NCBI GenBank assembly: GCA_973895155.1
Contig: OZ316893.1
Location: 22,093,717-22,157,716, forward strand
Direction: 5' to 3'
DNA from: Marsupella aquatica
Taxonomy: Eukaryota > Plantae > Marchantiophyta
DNA length: 64,000 nucleotides
The number at the start of each line of letters is the position of its first letter. Position 1 is the first letter of the stretch. Below, in pieces: positions 63,996 to 64,000 of the stretch. The notes beneath the pieces were generated by a model, which ran no database searches, was not told the DNA's origin, and was given only the letters and a program-made list of their open reading frames with translations. The position numbers were made by a program, and so were the translations under genes.

Positions 63996-64000
63996 CTGCG

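Overview
This is eukaryotic land-plant nuclear DNA, shown by spliceosomal introns, a plant-type tRNA-Ala(AGC), TTTAGGG telomere repeats and a plant organellar GlyRS. A bryophyte or liverwort-like source is my inference. Recognisable genes: an intronless SAM-dependent methyltransferase (931-1899, +), a divergent PLATZ-like zinc-finger ORF (6775-7395, -), a U-box-less PUB-type ARM protein (28424-29731, -), tRNA-Ala(AGC) (36424-36496) and a 36-exon fused alpha/beta organellar glycyl-tRNA synthetase (42228-54300, +, two GC-AG introns). The possible 3' end of a BTB/BACK-type gene lies at the right edge. Mobile DNA: a young but defective full-length Ty1/copia element (16662-22013, -, TSD TATAC, half-tRNA-iMet PBS), three solo LTRs of a second family (one nested in inverted orientation inside another), a Mutator-like MITE with a 9-bp TSD, a ~1-kb foldback, and many small tandem duplications. 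The best leads are the fungal-looking methyltransferase and copia element (horizontal-transfer candidates), the atypical PLATZ, a miRNA-like hairpin near 55.8-56.2 kb and the nested-LTR hairpin. No prokaryotic-type system such as CRISPR is present. All family assignments come from motifs recognised by eye, not from database searches.
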